Below, one piece after another: positions 35,575-46,201 of a stretch of DNA of 64,000 nucleotides. The stretch is taken from positions 2,421-66,420 of the forward strand of contig JAEELF010000041.1 of the NCBI GenBank assembly GCA_016288815.1, given 5' to 3'. A program made the translations under genes and the position numbers. A model generated the notes under the pieces. The model was not told where the DNA came from, searched no databases, and was given only the letters and a program-made list of their open reading frames with translations. Numbering within the stretch: the stretch's first letter is position 1; every line of letters starts with the position of its first letter. Source of the stretch: Ruminococcus sp. Lineage in GTDB: Bacteria; Bacillota; Clostridia; Oscillospirales; Ruminococcaceae.

Positions 35575-36564
35575 ATGGGAAAAGTTAGGATAGGTATCGC
35601 AGGCTACGGTAACCTCGGCAGAGGCGTCGAGCTTGCTATAAGACAGAACGACGACATGGAGCTCGCAGGCATCTTCACCCGCCGCGACCCCTCGGCTGTG
35701 ACTCCGCTCACTCCGGGCGCTCCCGTCTATAAGATCGACGACATCAGGTCCATGACCGACAAGATCGACGTCCTCATCATCTGCGGAGGCAGCGCGACTG
35801 ACCTCCCCAAGCAGACTCCCGAGCTCGCTCAGTACTTCAACGTCATCGACAGCTTCGACACTCACGCCCGCATCCCCGAGCACTTCGCGAACGTTGACAA
35901 GGCTGCAAAGGAGAGCGGCCACCTCGCATTCATCTCCCTCGGCTGGGATCCGGGTCTCTTCTCGCTCAACAGGCTCTACGCAGAGTCCATACTCCCTAAC
36001 GGCAAGAGCTATACATTCTGGGGCAAGGGCGTTAGTCAGGGTCACTCCGACGCTATCAGACGTGTCCCCGGCGTAAAGCGCGGCATACAGTACACTGTCC
36101 CGGTAGAGTCCGCAATGGACGCTGTACGCTCCGGCTCAATGCCTGAGCTGACTACACGTCAGAAGCACACCCGTGAGTGCTGGATCGTTCCCGAGGAGGG
36201 CGCTGATCTCGCTGCTATCGAGAACGCTATCAAGACTATGAAGAACTACTTCGACGAGTACGACACCACAGTAAACTTCATCTCTGAGAAGGAGTTCGAC
36301 GCCAAGCACAACAAGATGCCCCACGGCGGATTCGTTATGCGCAGCGGACTTACAGGCGACGGCGAGCAGACCCACCAGATGATCGAGTATTCGCTCAAGC
36401 TCGAGTCCAACCCCGAGTTCACAGCGAGCGTGCTCATCTGCTACGCAAGAGCTCTCGCACGTCTCAGGGCTGAGGGCGCAACAGGCTGCAAGACCGCCTT
36501 CGACATCGCTCCCGCATATCTCTCCAAGCTCACAGGCGAGCAGCTCAGAGCCTCCATGCTCTGA
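35575..36564 (+). CDS. ddh: meso-diaminopimelate D-dehydrogenase
   Basis: GYGNLGRG, CGGSATDLP, DSFDTHA.IP, GWDPGLFS, FWGKGVSQGHSDAIRR, NPEFT. Confidence 0.96.
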   Translation: MGKVRIGIAGYGNLGRGVELAIRQNDDMELAGIFTRRDPSAVTPLTPGAPVYKIDDIRSMTDKIDVLIICGGSATDLPKQTPELAQYFNVIDSFDTHARIPEHFANVDKAAKESGHLAFISLGWDPGLFSLNRLYAESILPNGKSYTFWGKGVSQGHSDAIRRVPGVKRGIQYTVPVESAMDAVRSGSMPELTTRQKHTRECWIVPEEGADLAAIENAIKTMKNYFDEYDTTVNFISEKEFDAKHNKMPHGGFVMRSGLTGDGEQTHQMIEYSLKLESNPEFTASVLICYARALARLRAEGATGCKTAFDIAPAYLSKLTGEQLRASML

Positions 36565-36577
36565 TATCCCCGCAATA

Positions 36578-36616
36578 GAAAAAACCGGAGCTCCCCGCAG
36601 GGAACTCCGTTTTTTT
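36578..36616. terminator. bidirectional terminator
   Basis: A run, CGGAG.TCCC/GGGA.CTCCG stem, T run between convergent genes. Confidence 0.75.
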
Positions 36617-36622
36617 GCGTAT

Positions 36623-38725
36623 TTATCGTTTTTCTCTGATGATCGTTCTGCTACACAGATAAGTGATGAGGAAGTACCCGCCGTAGATTGCGAGGATTAT
36701 CACAGATGTGAATATCATCGAGCTCACGAAGCCCTCCTTGATGAATACCGCGAGCATCTTATTCGCACATCTGAGAGCGAAGAAGGAATGCAGCGCAGCA
36801 AGCAGCAGAGGCAGCAGGAACAGCATACCCGTCTGGTGGAAGAGCGAGGCAGAGATGTCGGCTTCGTCCGCACCTATCTTGCGGAGGATACTGTACCGTC
36901 CGACGCTGTCAACGCTGTCCGAGAGCTGCTTCAGCGCGAGTATCGCACCGCAGGTGATGAGGAACACGATACCGAGGTAAAGAGCGATAAACGTAGCCAT
37001 TGCGCCGATACCTATCGTCTCGTCCGCGAGCTGGAATTTCGTCAGCAGCCCGGCGTAAAGATCAGGTTCCATTTCCCCATTGTATATCTCCTGTCTTTCC
37101 TCGTCAGTGAGGTCTTCCCTGAGCATATAATCGTAATCCTTGAAGATCTCCCTGTACTCCGCGAGGAATTCCTCCTCCTTTTCGCGTTTCTGCTTTGGAG
37201 TCGCAGCGTCGTACCATACCCAGAATATCTCGTATTTGCCCTCCAGCTCGGCAGCGACGCTGTCGGGAACTACCAGTGATCCGTTCTCAGTACGCTGTAT
37301 CGAGCCCACCACGAAGTCGTCCTTACACTTTTTGAACGCTGGCCTCAGAGTACGTCCTGCGACTGTTATCTCGTTGCCGTCGCTCAACGCCTTATCGTAG
37401 TACTTCATGAGCTCCTTCATGTTGCAGAAAACTGCATATTCGTCCTCGGCGAGGGTGATCTTTCTGTCGTCCCTGCCGCGGAACTCCTGCATCCTGTTGT
37501 AGTCGCTGACAGAATAAACGGGTCTGTTGTCAAAATAGAAGACGGTTATCAGATTTGAGCCGAGCGCCCTGGCGAAGTCGTCCGTGTACTTTCCGAGGAC
37601 ATCTCTGAACTTGAGCCCGGAATCATAGATCATCACGGACTCAGCCTTCTTGAACGCGGCGGAGAGATCATAGCCGTTCTCCGCATACACTTCCTCGCAG
37701 CTCATCGCACCCTCGCCGGTCCTGTTGTAGAACGCTATCTCCGCGTCGCTCTGAAAGTACTCCTTCACGCCGTTGTTGAGGGTCTTCCTTGCCGAGAAAG
37801 CGATAGACAGCAGGCAGACCGTCGAGAACAGCATAAGGCATATCACCGTCATGGAGAATACCATAGTGGCGACCTTGCTGCTGAGCTGCCTGTAGGTAAA
37901 GGAGTTGAGCTTGGTGAAGTAGGTCTTCTTCATCGCCATAGCAAGACGGAGGAGCAGCCCCGACACCGACCAGAAGAACAGGAACGTAGCGACCGCAAGG
38001 ACCGCAAGGACCTTCACGCTCCCCCAGCCGTCGAGCTTGGAATACTGCCAGCCTATCCTGCGGTATGCCCACACGAGCATGGCTGCTGAGACAGTGAACA
38101 TCACGAGGCACACCCACGGATTGTGCAGACGCAGCTTCTCGCCGCGCTTATCGGACTGTATGAGGTCGATGAGCTTGCATTTGCCGATAGACCGGCTGTT
38201 GAAGATCATCACCACGACGTACATGATACCGAAGTAGATGATAGTTTTCAGCACGGACTTTCCCGACAGCACGAAGCGGAACTTCGTCATGTTCGCCTCA
38301 AAGAGGTCAACGACTACCGCGCTGAGCAGCTGTGAGAGACCGATACCTATGATAAGTCCCGCGATCAGTGAGCCGATACCGATGATGACGGTCTCGGTCA
38401 GGAGTATCGCGGATATCCTGCCCTTGCTCATTCCGAGCGTGAGGTACACCGCGAACTCTTTATGGCGGCGCTTCATGAGGAAGCGGCTCGCGTAGACTAT
38501 GAGCAGTCCGAGCACCACTGCAACGAACACGCTGACGCCCGCGAGAGCCTTCGTCATGATATCTATCATTTCGGAGGTATCCTTCGAGACCTCGAGGAAC
38601 GCAGTCTGCGTCTCTATTGCATTGAAGACGTAGAACACCGCCACTCCTATCATGAGCGTGAAGAAGTAGATAGCGTAGTCGCGGATGCTGCGGCGGATAT
38701 TGTTCAGTGACAGCTTAAAGAGCAT
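36623..38725 (-). CDS. BceB-like ABC permease (FtsX family, large extracellular loop)
   Basis: Start ATG 38725 (GGAGGTG RBS); YAIYFFTL, RRHKEFAVYLTLGMSK, YSILRKIG. Confidence 0.9.
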   Translation of the reverse strand: MLFKLSLNNIRRSIRDYAIYFFTLMIGVAVFYVFNAIETQTAFLEVSKDTSEMIDIMTKALAGVSVFVAVVLGLLIVYASRFLMKRRHKEFAVYLTLGMSKGRISAILLTETVIIGIGSLIAGLIIGIGLSQLLSAVVVDLFEANMTKFRFVLSGKSVLKTIIYFGIMYVVVMIFNSRSIGKCKLIDLIQSDKRGEKLRLHNPWVCLVMFTVSAAMLVWAYRRIGWQYSKLDGWGSVKVLAVLAVATFLFFWSVSGLLLRLAMAMKKTYFTKLNSFTYRQLSSKVATMVFSMTVICLMLFSTVCLLSIAFSARKTLNNGVKEYFQSDAEIAFYNRTGEGAMSCEEVYAENGYDLSAAFKKAESVMIYDSGLKFRDVLGKYTDDFARALGSNLITVFYFDNRPVYSVSDYNRMQEFRGRDDRKITLAEDEYAVFCNMKELMKYYDKALSDGNEITVAGRTLRPAFKKCKDDFVVGSIQRTENGSLVVPDSVAAELEGKYEIFWVWYDAATPKQKREKEEEFLAEYREIFKDYDYMLREDLTDEERQEIYNGEMEPDLYAGLLTKFQLADETIGIGAMATFIALYLGIVFLITCGAILALKQLSDSVDSVGRYSILRKIGADEADISASLFHQTGMLFLLPLLLAALHSFFALRCANKMLAVFIKEGFVSSMIFTSVIILAIYGGYFLITYLCSRTIIREKR

Positions 38726-39479
38726 CGCTGACGTCACCTCCCAGAAGCGTAACGACGTTGATTATCTTGTCGAAGAACTGCTTGCGGGGATCGTCACCGC
38801 GGCTTATCTCGTTGAATATCTTGCCGTCCTTGATGAAGATGACGCGGGAGGCATAGCTCGCAGCGAAGCTGTCGTGAGTGACCATTATTATCGTCGCACC
38901 GCAGTCGGAGTTGAGGTAGTTGAAGCGCTCGAGGAGCATTTTAGCCGCCTTGGAATCGAGCGCACCGGTCGGCTCGTCAGCGAGCACGAGTTTCGGCGAG
39001 GTGACTATCGCACGTGCGGAGGCGACCCTCTGCTTCTGTCCGCCGGACATCTGATAGGGGTACTTTTTCAGAACCTCTGTGATACCGAGCTGCCCCGCGA
39101 CTTCATTCACGAGCTTGTCTATCTCGTCGTGAGGGCGCTTCTGTATCGAGAGCGCGAGCGCGATATTCTCATAAGCTGTGAGGGTATCGAGGAGGTTGAA
39201 GTCCTGGAAGATGAATCCGAGCTTGTCCCTGCGGAACTTGTTCAGCGACCGGCCCTTGAGCCTTGTGATATCCTCGCCGTCGAGGACTATCTTCCCGGCT
39301 GTCACGCGGTCGATAGTGGAAATGCAGTTGAGGAGGGTAGTCTTACCGCTTCCGGAAGCGCCCATGATCGCGGTGAATTCGCCCTTCTCCACGCTGAACG
39401 ATATATCGTCCACCGCCTTTGTGATATTGGATCTGCTGCCGTAGTATTTTTCAATGTTGCTTATCTCGAGCAATGCCAT
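38715..39479 (-). CDS. BceA-like ABC ATPase
   Basis: GASGSGKTT, GFIFQDFNLLD, MSGGQKQR, LADEPTGALD, MVTHD. Confidence 0.95.
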   Translation of the reverse strand: MALLEISNIEKYYGSRSNITKAVDDISFSVEKGEFTAIMGASGSGKTTLLNCISTIDRVTAGKIVLDGEDITRLKGRSLNKFRRDKLGFIFQDFNLLDTLTAYENIALALSIQKRPHDEIDKLVNEVAGQLGITEVLKKYPYQMSGGQKQRVASARAIVTSPKLVLADEPTGALDSKAAKMLLERFNYLNSDCGATIIMVTHDSFAASYASRVIFIKDGKIFNEISRGDDPRKQFFDKIINVVTLLGGDVSDAL

Positions 39480-39552
39480 ATTTAACAGCCCCTTTCATCA
39501 TCTATCATAGCACAAAAACCGGCGGGAATCATTGGTTCAGCATTACACAAGG

Positions 39553-39566
39553 TTACGATTTTGTAA
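39553..39566. promoter_or_regulatory. BceR-type binding site upstream of the ABC genes
   Basis: TTACA-AAAT-CGTAA on - strand (one mismatch to TNACA-N4-TGTAA); TG-TATGAT -10 at 39504-39512. Confidence 0.7.
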
Positions 39567-40572
39567 CGTCGGGACGGAAGAGGTCATTGTTCCCGAATGA
39601 CAGCGTTATCTCAGTATACTCCCCCGGGACTGAATCCGCCGATATACCGTGTCCGAGCCGTCCGCACAGCTTCTTCACGATATACAGTCCCATACCTGTC
39701 GCCCCGGAGTATGTCCGCCCGTTCTCTCCGGTGAAGCTCTTGTCGAAGATGTACGGCAGATCGCCTGCCGGTATCCCGACGCCGTTGTCGCGGAAGTGCA
39801 GGAGCGTCCTGTCGGGGAGCACCTCAGCACGGACGCATATCTCCGGCTCACGGTCGGGCGATAGGTATTTCAGGCTGTTCCCCATGAGTTGCCCCAGTAT
39901 ATATCCGAGCCACTTGCTGTCGCTCATGACCGCAGTACCGAGCCCATCCGTTTTTATCTCAACTCCCCTGAGCTGAAGCTCGGCGCGGTGCCGGACGGCG
40001 GTGTCCGCGAACACGCGGTCGAGCGGTGTCTCCTTGATGATGTAGTCCTTGCCGTCGCTGCCGCTGCGCGCGTAGTAAAGGACGGTCTCGATGTAGTCGT
40101 CGATACGCCGGAGCTGCTCGGCGTACCGGACATTGTCGTCGTTGTGGCACATGAGCTGCAAAGCGGCAACGGGCAGCTTTATCTCGTGGACCCACATCTC
40201 GATGAACTCGCGGAATGCCTTGCTCTCACGGCTGAGCGCAGCAACATCCTCATACATGGAGCGTCCCGCCTCACGCAGCGCCTCGCAGGTGAGCCTCCCC
40301 TCGAGGAAATCCGGCTCCTCGACTACCTCCGATATCAGATACTTGCGGTCGAGCTGCCCCGAGCCCTCAGCGAGAGCGTCGTAGAAACGCTTCCTGCGCA
40401 GGACGTCCCAGAGGAAGCGGCTCAGCGCTGAGATGAAGTACACACAGGTGACCGCCGCTATCAGCGCACTTCCCGTATGGAAAGCCCCCATGAAAGCCGC
40501 GATGAGCAGCCACGCCCCGAAGGTGATGAGCGCCGCCGGAAGACGGTCGCGAAGGATATCCCTCATCCTCAT
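39553..40572 (-). CDS. BceS-like intramembrane histidine kinase
   Basis: Two adjacent TMs, WVHEIKLP, QLMGNSLKY, DNGVGI, FTGENG, GMGLY. Confidence 0.93.
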   Translation of the reverse strand: MRMRDILRDRLPAALITFGAWLLIAAFMGAFHTGSALIAAVTCVYFISALSRFLWDVLRRKRFYDALAEGSGQLDRKYLISEVVEEPDFLEGRLTCEALREAGRSMYEDVAALSRESKAFREFIEMWVHEIKLPVAALQLMCHNDDNVRYAEQLRRIDDYIETVLYYARSGSDGKDYIIKETPLDRVFADTAVRHRAELQLRGVEIKTDGLGTAVMSDSKWLGYILGQLMGNSLKYLSPDREPEICVRAEVLPDRTLLHFRDNGVGIPAGDLPYIFDKSFTGENGRTYSGATGMGLYIVKKLCGRLGHGISADSVPGEYTEITLSFGNNDLFRPDVTKS

Positions 40573-41231
40573 AGCAGTATGTACCCCTGTTTCTTGCGGG
40601 TCTCGATAGCGTCAGCACAGCCGAAGTCGGAGAGCTTCGAACGCAGCCTGCTGACGTTCACGGAGAGCGCATTGTCGCTGATGAATTCATTGCTGTCCCA
40701 GAGCGCGGTGATGAGCTCATCGCGCGTTACTATCCTGCCGAGGTTGTCAAGCAGTATCTGGAATATCAGCATCTCGTTCTTGGTGAGCACGAGCTCACGC
40801 GCCCCGTCCGCGAGTATCCCCTTCGCAGGGTCAACTCTCAGTCCGCGGTACGAAGCCGTCACGCGCAGCTTCTGCGACCTTTTCAGCACCGCAGAGATAC
40901 GCAGCAGCAGTATCGTGGGGTTGTAGGGCTTGGTGATGTAATCGTCCGCGCCGTAGCTCATCGAGAGCACCTCGTCGAGCTCGGACGTCCGGCTCGTGAG
41001 CATTATCACGGGCGCGTCCGACGTCCTGCGGAACTCCTGCAGCAGCGCCTCGCCGTTCACACCCGGAAGATTTATGTCAAGCAGAACAAGATCCGCCCCG
41101 GAGCTGCGCATCTGCTCAGCAGCCCGCGAAAAATCGGTCACAGCCGCGGTCTCGTGACCCTGATCATCAAGCAGCCGCGACAGCTCCCCGCGCAGAACCT
41201 CATCGTCCTCGATTATCATTATCCTGCTCAT
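40569..41231 (-). CDS. BceR-like OmpR response regulator
   Basis: Start ATG 41231 (AGGAGG); IIEDD, LLDINLP, GADDYITKP, NALSVNVSRLR. Confidence 0.94.
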   Translation of the reverse strand: MSRIMIIEDDEVLRGELSRLLDDQGHETAAVTDFSRAAEQMRSSGADLVLLDINLPGVNGEALLQEFRRTSDAPVIMLTSRTSELDEVLSMSYGADDYITKPYNPTILLLRISAVLKRSQKLRVTASYRGLRVDPAKGILADGARELVLTKNEMLIFQILLDNLGRIVTRDELITALWDSNEFISDNALSVNVSRLRSKLSDFGCADAIETRKKQGYILL

Positions 41232-41309
41232 GTTATCGCCTCCTGACAGCAATATTTTACCACATCCCCGCCGACAAATCAACATCCGCGGGAATATCGG
41301 CGGAAGATA

Positions 41310-41338
41310 TTGAAATTTCCCGGGAAATGTGTTATGAT
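41310..41338 (+). promoter_or_regulatory. sigmaA promoter with 14-bp palindromic operator
   Basis: TTGAAA-17 nt-TATGAT (TG extension); ATTTCCCGGGAAAT at 41315-41328. Confidence 0.75.
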
Positions 41339-41367
41339 TGGAGTATCCTATTCTTCCGGAGCCAGAA

Positions 41368-42843
41368 ATGAAAAAAGAAACAAAGCTCAGAGCCGCGGAG
41401 CGCCTGTATCTCGCCGCCGCAGCCTTCATCACGATACTCATATGCTCGAAGTCCTCGCCGCTGTACCCGTTCAACGACTGGGTGGACGCCAACTGCTTCC
41501 TGACCGTCGGACGCTCCATGCTGCACAGACTTCTCCCCTACCGTGACCTCTTCGAGCAGAAGGGACCCCTGCTGTATATCCTGCACGCGCTGGCGGCGCT
41601 CATCTCGGAGCGGACATTCCTCGGCGTGTTCTTCCTCGAGGTCATCGCGTGCCTGTGGACGCTGACCAGCTCCTATAAGCTACTCCGCAGAGACTGCGGG
41701 AGAGCAGCACTGTTCATCGTCCCGCTGATATCGCTGCTGATATACTCCTCGCGGGCATTCAGCCACGGCGACAGCGCCGAGGAGCTCTGCCTGCCGCTTC
41801 TTCTGAGCTCGTTCTGCACAGGACTTGACTCCGTCCGCAGCGACCGTCCGCTGACTCTGCGCGAGAGCTTCACGATAGGCGTGCTCTCGGGCTGCGTGCT
41901 GTGGATAAAGTTCTCGCTGCTCGGCTTTTATGCCGGTTTTTTCATCGTACCGGCAGTCATCATATGCCGCAGGGACAGCTTCCGCGGACTGCTCCGCACC
42001 GTCGGTGCCATACTCCTCGGAGCCGCCGCAGCGAGCGTGCCCATACTGCTCGTCTTCGCCGTGAGCGGCTCCCTCAGCGACCTCTTCACGGTCTATTTCT
42101 ACGACAATCTCTTCCTCTACAGCTCGGACAAGAGCGTGTGGGCGAACCTCCTCGGCGGACTGCGCTCCGTGTGGAGAAACCTCCCCGCAGTTCCGGTCTG
42201 CGTGATACTGACCGCCCTGCTCCTCACCTGGAAGAAGCGCACCCGCGAGCTCGCATATCTGCTGCTGACCCTCTGCGGAGCGTTCGTGCTGATGTTCGGC
42301 GGCGGACGCGCATACCAGTACTACCCGCTAGCTCTGGCAGTTTTCTTGCCCTTCGCGGCGTCGGTGACACTCTCACTGCTGAGAGCTCCCGCAAAGAAGC
42401 ACATCCGCATACCCGGACACGCCCTCCCGGTACTGTGCACAGCAGCCCTCGCAGCAAGCGCGGCGCTGTGCTGGCTCCTCTCCCGCAACACCTACCTCAT
42501 GAGGTACAAAAAAGCTGATATGCCGCAGTACAGATTCGCCGAGATCATAAGGGAAACGCCCGATGCCACCCTCCTGAACTACGGCTTCCTCGACGGCGGC
42601 TTCTACACGGTCTCGGGGACGCTCCCGACGTGCCGCTTCTTCTGCCAGACCAATCTCCCCTACAGCGAGATGAAAAAGCAGCAGCAGTATTACATTGAGA
42701 ACGGGCTCACCGACTACATCGTCATGCGCACGAAGAACGGGGAACTCCCCCGCCTGCCCGAAAACTACGAGCTCGTCGCGGAGACATCATTCCCCTATTA
42801 TTCGCAGAACTTCACCTACTACCTGCTGAGACTGCGCGACTGA
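41368..42843 (+). CDS. polytopic membrane glycosyltransferase (GT-C/PMT-like)
   Basis: SPLY...DWVDANCF, PYRDLFEQKGPLLY, AEE..LP, WIKFSL; many TMs. Confidence 0.8.
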   Translation: MKKETKLRAAERLYLAAAAFITILICSKSSPLYPFNDWVDANCFLTVGRSMLHRLLPYRDLFEQKGPLLYILHALAALISERTFLGVFFLEVIACLWTLTSSYKLLRRDCGRAALFIVPLISLLIYSSRAFSHGDSAEELCLPLLLSSFCTGLDSVRSDRPLTLRESFTIGVLSGCVLWIKFSLLGFYAGFFIVPAVIICRRDSFRGLLRTVGAILLGAAAASVPILLVFAVSGSLSDLFTVYFYDNLFLYSSDKSVWANLLGGLRSVWRNLPAVPVCVILTALLLTWKKRTRELAYLLLTLCGAFVLMFGGGRAYQYYPLALAVFLPFAASVTLSLLRAPAKKHIRIPGHALPVLCTAALAASAALCWLLSRNTYLMRYKKADMPQYRFAEIIRETPDATLLNYGFLDGGFYTVSGTLPTCRFFCQTNLPYSEMKKQQQYYIENGLTDYIVMRTKNGELPRLPENYELVAETSFPYYSQNFTYYLLRLRD

Positions 42844-43742
42844 GTGCGGAACTGCTTCGGCGTCACGCCGTAGTACTGCCGGAACATCTTCCCGAAATAG
42901 CTGCTGTGACCGAATCCGCACGCGAAGCAGATCTCGGTTATCTGCATATCCGTCCCGAGCAGCAGCTCGGCGGCGGCTTTGAGCCTGTATTCGTTCAGAT
43001 ACGCTACAGGCTTTTTGCTTATCATGCTGCGGAAGCACCGGAAGCACTCGCTCCTGCTGATGTTCGCGGAAGCGGCTATCTCGTCCACAGTCAGCTCGCG
43101 GGAGTAATTCTCCTGAATGAACGAAAGCATGGCCTTGAGCCTCTGCTCGGAGAGCCCCGCCGCAGCGCGGAGCTGAGTATCCTGCGGCTCCACGCGGAGG
43201 TTCACCGCAAGGACGTACCACACCTGCGCGACCGTATTCCGCAGCAGGAGCTCCGTCCCCCACTCCTCCGAGCCGTACATCGCGTGCATCTCCCTCAGCT
43301 TCGCAAGGATATCGCCCTGCCACCCTATCTGCGGTATGAGCTTCATAGCGCGCAGGAACGGGTCACTGACCACCGGCGCGACATAGCGGCGGTATATGAG
43401 GTCCCCGCCGCAGTCACCTATGAATTCTGGCATGAAGCAGACCGTCGCCATGAGCGGCTCAGGGCTGCCCTCCGCGGGACGCTCCATGTGCATGGTGTTG
43501 GAGTTGATGAAGAACCCCTCCCCCTCGGACACCCTGAACACGCTGTCGTTCACCGACACGTCCACGCTCCCCGCGAGCACGACTGCGAACTCGAGCTCGG
43601 GGTGCCAGTGCCAGTCGATGACGTGGTTCGTGTACCACTGAAAGTTGTTGATATACAGCTTCATCGGGAACTGCGGCGTGCCATGGACGGCATTTTCGCG
43701 GTAACGGCTGCGGTCGTCGGACATCTCCGGCAGCTTTTCCAT
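42819..43742 (-). CDS. AraC-family regulator with cupin domain
   Basis: DWHWHPELEF, G.FINSN.MH, double HTH ending ICFACGF..SSYFGKMFR..YGVTP; promoter TTGACA-17-TATAAT at 43850-43822. Confidence 0.92.
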   Translation of the reverse strand: MEKLPEMSDDRSRYRENAVHGTPQFPMKLYINNFQWYTNHVIDWHWHPELEFAVVLAGSVDVSVNDSVFRVSEGEGFFINSNTMHMERPAEGSPEPLMATVCFMPEFIGDCGGDLIYRRYVAPVVSDPFLRAMKLIPQIGWQGDILAKLREMHAMYGSEEWGTELLLRNTVAQVWYVLAVNLRVEPQDTQLRAAAGLSEQRLKAMLSFIQENYSRELTVDEIAASANISRSECFRCFRSMISKKPVAYLNEYRLKAAAELLLGTDMQITEICFACGFGHSSYFGKMFRQYYGVTPKQFRTQSRSLSR

Positions 43743-43881
43743 ACATCTCACCTCATTTTTGGCATTATCGTTATAGTTTTTGCGCGTATATTGATAGAAT
43801 GATACCCATTTTGATGTTATTATTATATCATACAATGACATTATTGTCAAACCTCTCATCATGACTGCAAAGGAGTTTATC

Positions 43882-46197
43882 ATGAAAATTTCAGACGGCT
43901 TCTGGCTGAATAAGCCCGGCTACAGCGTGAACTACGCGACCCAGATGTACAGCATCGAGACGGACGAACGCTCGGTAACGGTCTACGCTACGAACCAGTG
44001 GATAGGCAACCGCGGCATGACCCTCGGCGGACCCATGCTAACGGTCAGATTTACCTCCACCCTCGCGAACAGCATAAAGGTGACCATCGAACACTTCCGC
44101 GGCGCAAAAAAGAAGACCCCCTCGTTCACCCTCTATGAGGACGCCTCTTTCAAGCCGCAGGTCACTAAGAACGATGATGGCTCTTATGAGCTCATATCGG
44201 GCAGCACAAAGGTAAAAATAGGTGCGCAGGGAACTGAATGGAACATCTCCTACTGGTACGGCGACAAGCTTCTGACCAAGTCCGGCTGGCGCACGACCTC
44301 CCTCATCGAGGAGGAGGAGTGGCTCACGCAGAACCGCCGCACAGCCGCGTCCGGCTCGCGCTTCTTCGCTAAGACCGACGACGGCGAGACCTCATATATC
44401 CGCGAAATGCTGAACATCGCCGTGGGCGAGTACATCTACGGCTTCGGCGAGAAGTTCTCCACTTTCGTGAAGAACGGTCAGACCGTCGAGGTCTGGAACA
44501 ACGACGGCGGCACCTGCTCCGAGCAGAGCTACAAGTCGATACCGTTTTTCGTATCGTCACGCAACTACGGCGTGTTTGTCAACGACCCCGGCAACGTTAC
44601 TTTCGAGGTCGCGAGCGAGACCGTCTCCAAGACTGCTTTCACAGTCCCCGGACAGAAAATGGAGTACTTCATCTTCGGCGGGAACACCGTCGCGGACGTC
44701 ATCTCCGCATACACCGACCTCACCGGCAAGCCCGCGCTCCCGCCCGCATATTCGTTCGGACTGTGGCTCTCCACCTCATTCACCACGAGCTACGACGAGG
44801 AGACCGTCAACTCCTTCATCGACGAGATGAAGCGCCGCGACATCCCTCTCGACGTCTTCCACTTTGACTGCTTCTGGATGAAGGAATTCGAGTGGACGTC
44901 CTTTGAATGGGACAGCCGTATGTTCCCCGACCCCAAGGGCATGATCTCACGCCTGAAGGACAGAGGGCTGAAGGTCTGCGTGTGGATAAACCCCTACGTC
45001 AGCCAGAAGGCACCATGCTTTGACGAGCTCATGAAGAAGGGCTACTTCATAAAGAACAAGGACGGCTCAGTGTTCCAGTGTGATATGTGGCAGCCGGGTC
45101 TCGCGATAATCGACTTCACTGACCCCGGCGCGCGCGAGTGGTTCGCATCGAAGATAAAGGGACTTGCGGAGCTCGGCGTGGACGCTATCAAGACCGACTT
45201 CGGCGAGCGTATCCCCACGGACGTCATCTACTCCGACGGCTCCGACCCGTACAAAATGCACAACTACTACACCTACCTCTACAACAAGACCGTTTTCGAG
45301 GCTCTTCGCGACGTCAAGGGCGTGAACAACGCCTGCCTGTTCGCACGCTCAGCGACGGTCGGCGGACAGCAGTTCCCGGTACACTGGGGCGGAGACTGCT
45401 TCTCCAATTACGAATCCATGTGGGAGACCCTCCGCGGCGGACTTTCGCTGTGCCTGTCCGGCTTCGGCTTCTTTTCGCACGACATCTCCGGCTTCGAGGC
45501 GACCGGCACTCCCGACCTCTACAAGCGCTGGACGGCGTTCGGGCTCATGTCCACTCACTCCCGCTACCACGGCAACAGCTCCTACCGCGTCCCGTGGAAC
45601 TTCGACGAGGAGAGCTGCGACGTCTCCCGCCACTTCGTGAAGCTCAAGGGACGTCTAATGCCGTACCTTTTCGCGAATGCCGTAAATACGCATAAAACAG
45701 GCGTCCCGATGATGAGGGCGATGGTCGTAGACTACAGCTCCGACCGCGCCGCACTGACCGTTGATACGCAGTATATGCTCGGCGACACTCTCCTCACAGC
45801 CCCCGTTTTCAATGAGGAGGGCGTGTGCGACTTCTACCTCCCCGCCGGCGGAACATGGACCGATATCCAGACCGGCGAGCAGCTCGAGGGCGGCTCGTGG
45901 TACACAAAGAAGTACGACTACTTTGGTATGCCGCTGTACGCAAAGCCGGATTCTATCATAGTCTACGGCGACTACAAGGGCAAGGCAGAGTACGACTACG
46001 CCGACAACATGAAGATCGTTGTTTACGGTCTCGCGGACGGACATACCGCGGAGGCGGTCGTTTATGATAAGGACGCTCAGCCTGCGGCTTCGGTGAAGGC
46101 TGTACGCAGCGGTGATACGATCACGGTGACTGTTACCGGTACCGACAAGCCGTTCACTGCGGAGAGCGCACAGGGGCTCACCGTTATAACTAAATAA
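43882..46197 (+). CDS. yicI: GH31 alpha-xylosidase
   Basis: Start ATG 43882 (AAGGAG); YGFGEKF, SFGLWLSTSF, FHFDCFW, KTDFGERIP, HWGGD, SHDISGF. Confidence 0.93.
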   Translation: MKISDGFWLNKPGYSVNYATQMYSIETDERSVTVYATNQWIGNRGMTLGGPMLTVRFTSTLANSIKVTIEHFRGAKKKTPSFTLYEDASFKPQVTKNDDGSYELISGSTKVKIGAQGTEWNISYWYGDKLLTKSGWRTTSLIEEEEWLTQNRRTAASGSRFFAKTDDGETSYIREMLNIAVGEYIYGFGEKFSTFVKNGQTVEVWNNDGGTCSEQSYKSIPFFVSSRNYGVFVNDPGNVTFEVASETVSKTAFTVPGQKMEYFIFGGNTVADVISAYTDLTGKPALPPAYSFGLWLSTSFTTSYDEETVNSFIDEMKRRDIPLDVFHFDCFWMKEFEWTSFEWDSRMFPDPKGMISRLKDRGLKVCVWINPYVSQKAPCFDELMKKGYFIKNKDGSVFQCDMWQPGLAIIDFTDPGAREWFASKIKGLAELGVDAIKTDFGERIPTDVIYSDGSDPYKMHNYYTYLYNKTVFEALRDVKGVNNACLFARSATVGGQQFPVHWGGDCFSNYESMWETLRGGLSLCLSGFGFFSHDISGFEATGTPDLYKRWTAFGLMSTHSRYHGNSSYRVPWNFDEESCDVSRHFVKLKGRLMPYLFANAVNTHKTGVPMMRAMVVDYSSDRAALTVDTQYMLGDTLLTAPVFNEEGVCDFYLPAGGTWTDIQTGEQLEGGSWYTKKYDYFGMPLYAKPDSIIVYGDYKGKAEYDYADNMKIVVYGLADGHTAEAVVYDKDAQPAASVKAVRSGDTITVTVTGTDKPFTAESAQGLTVITK

Positions 46198-46201
46198 AAA
46201 C

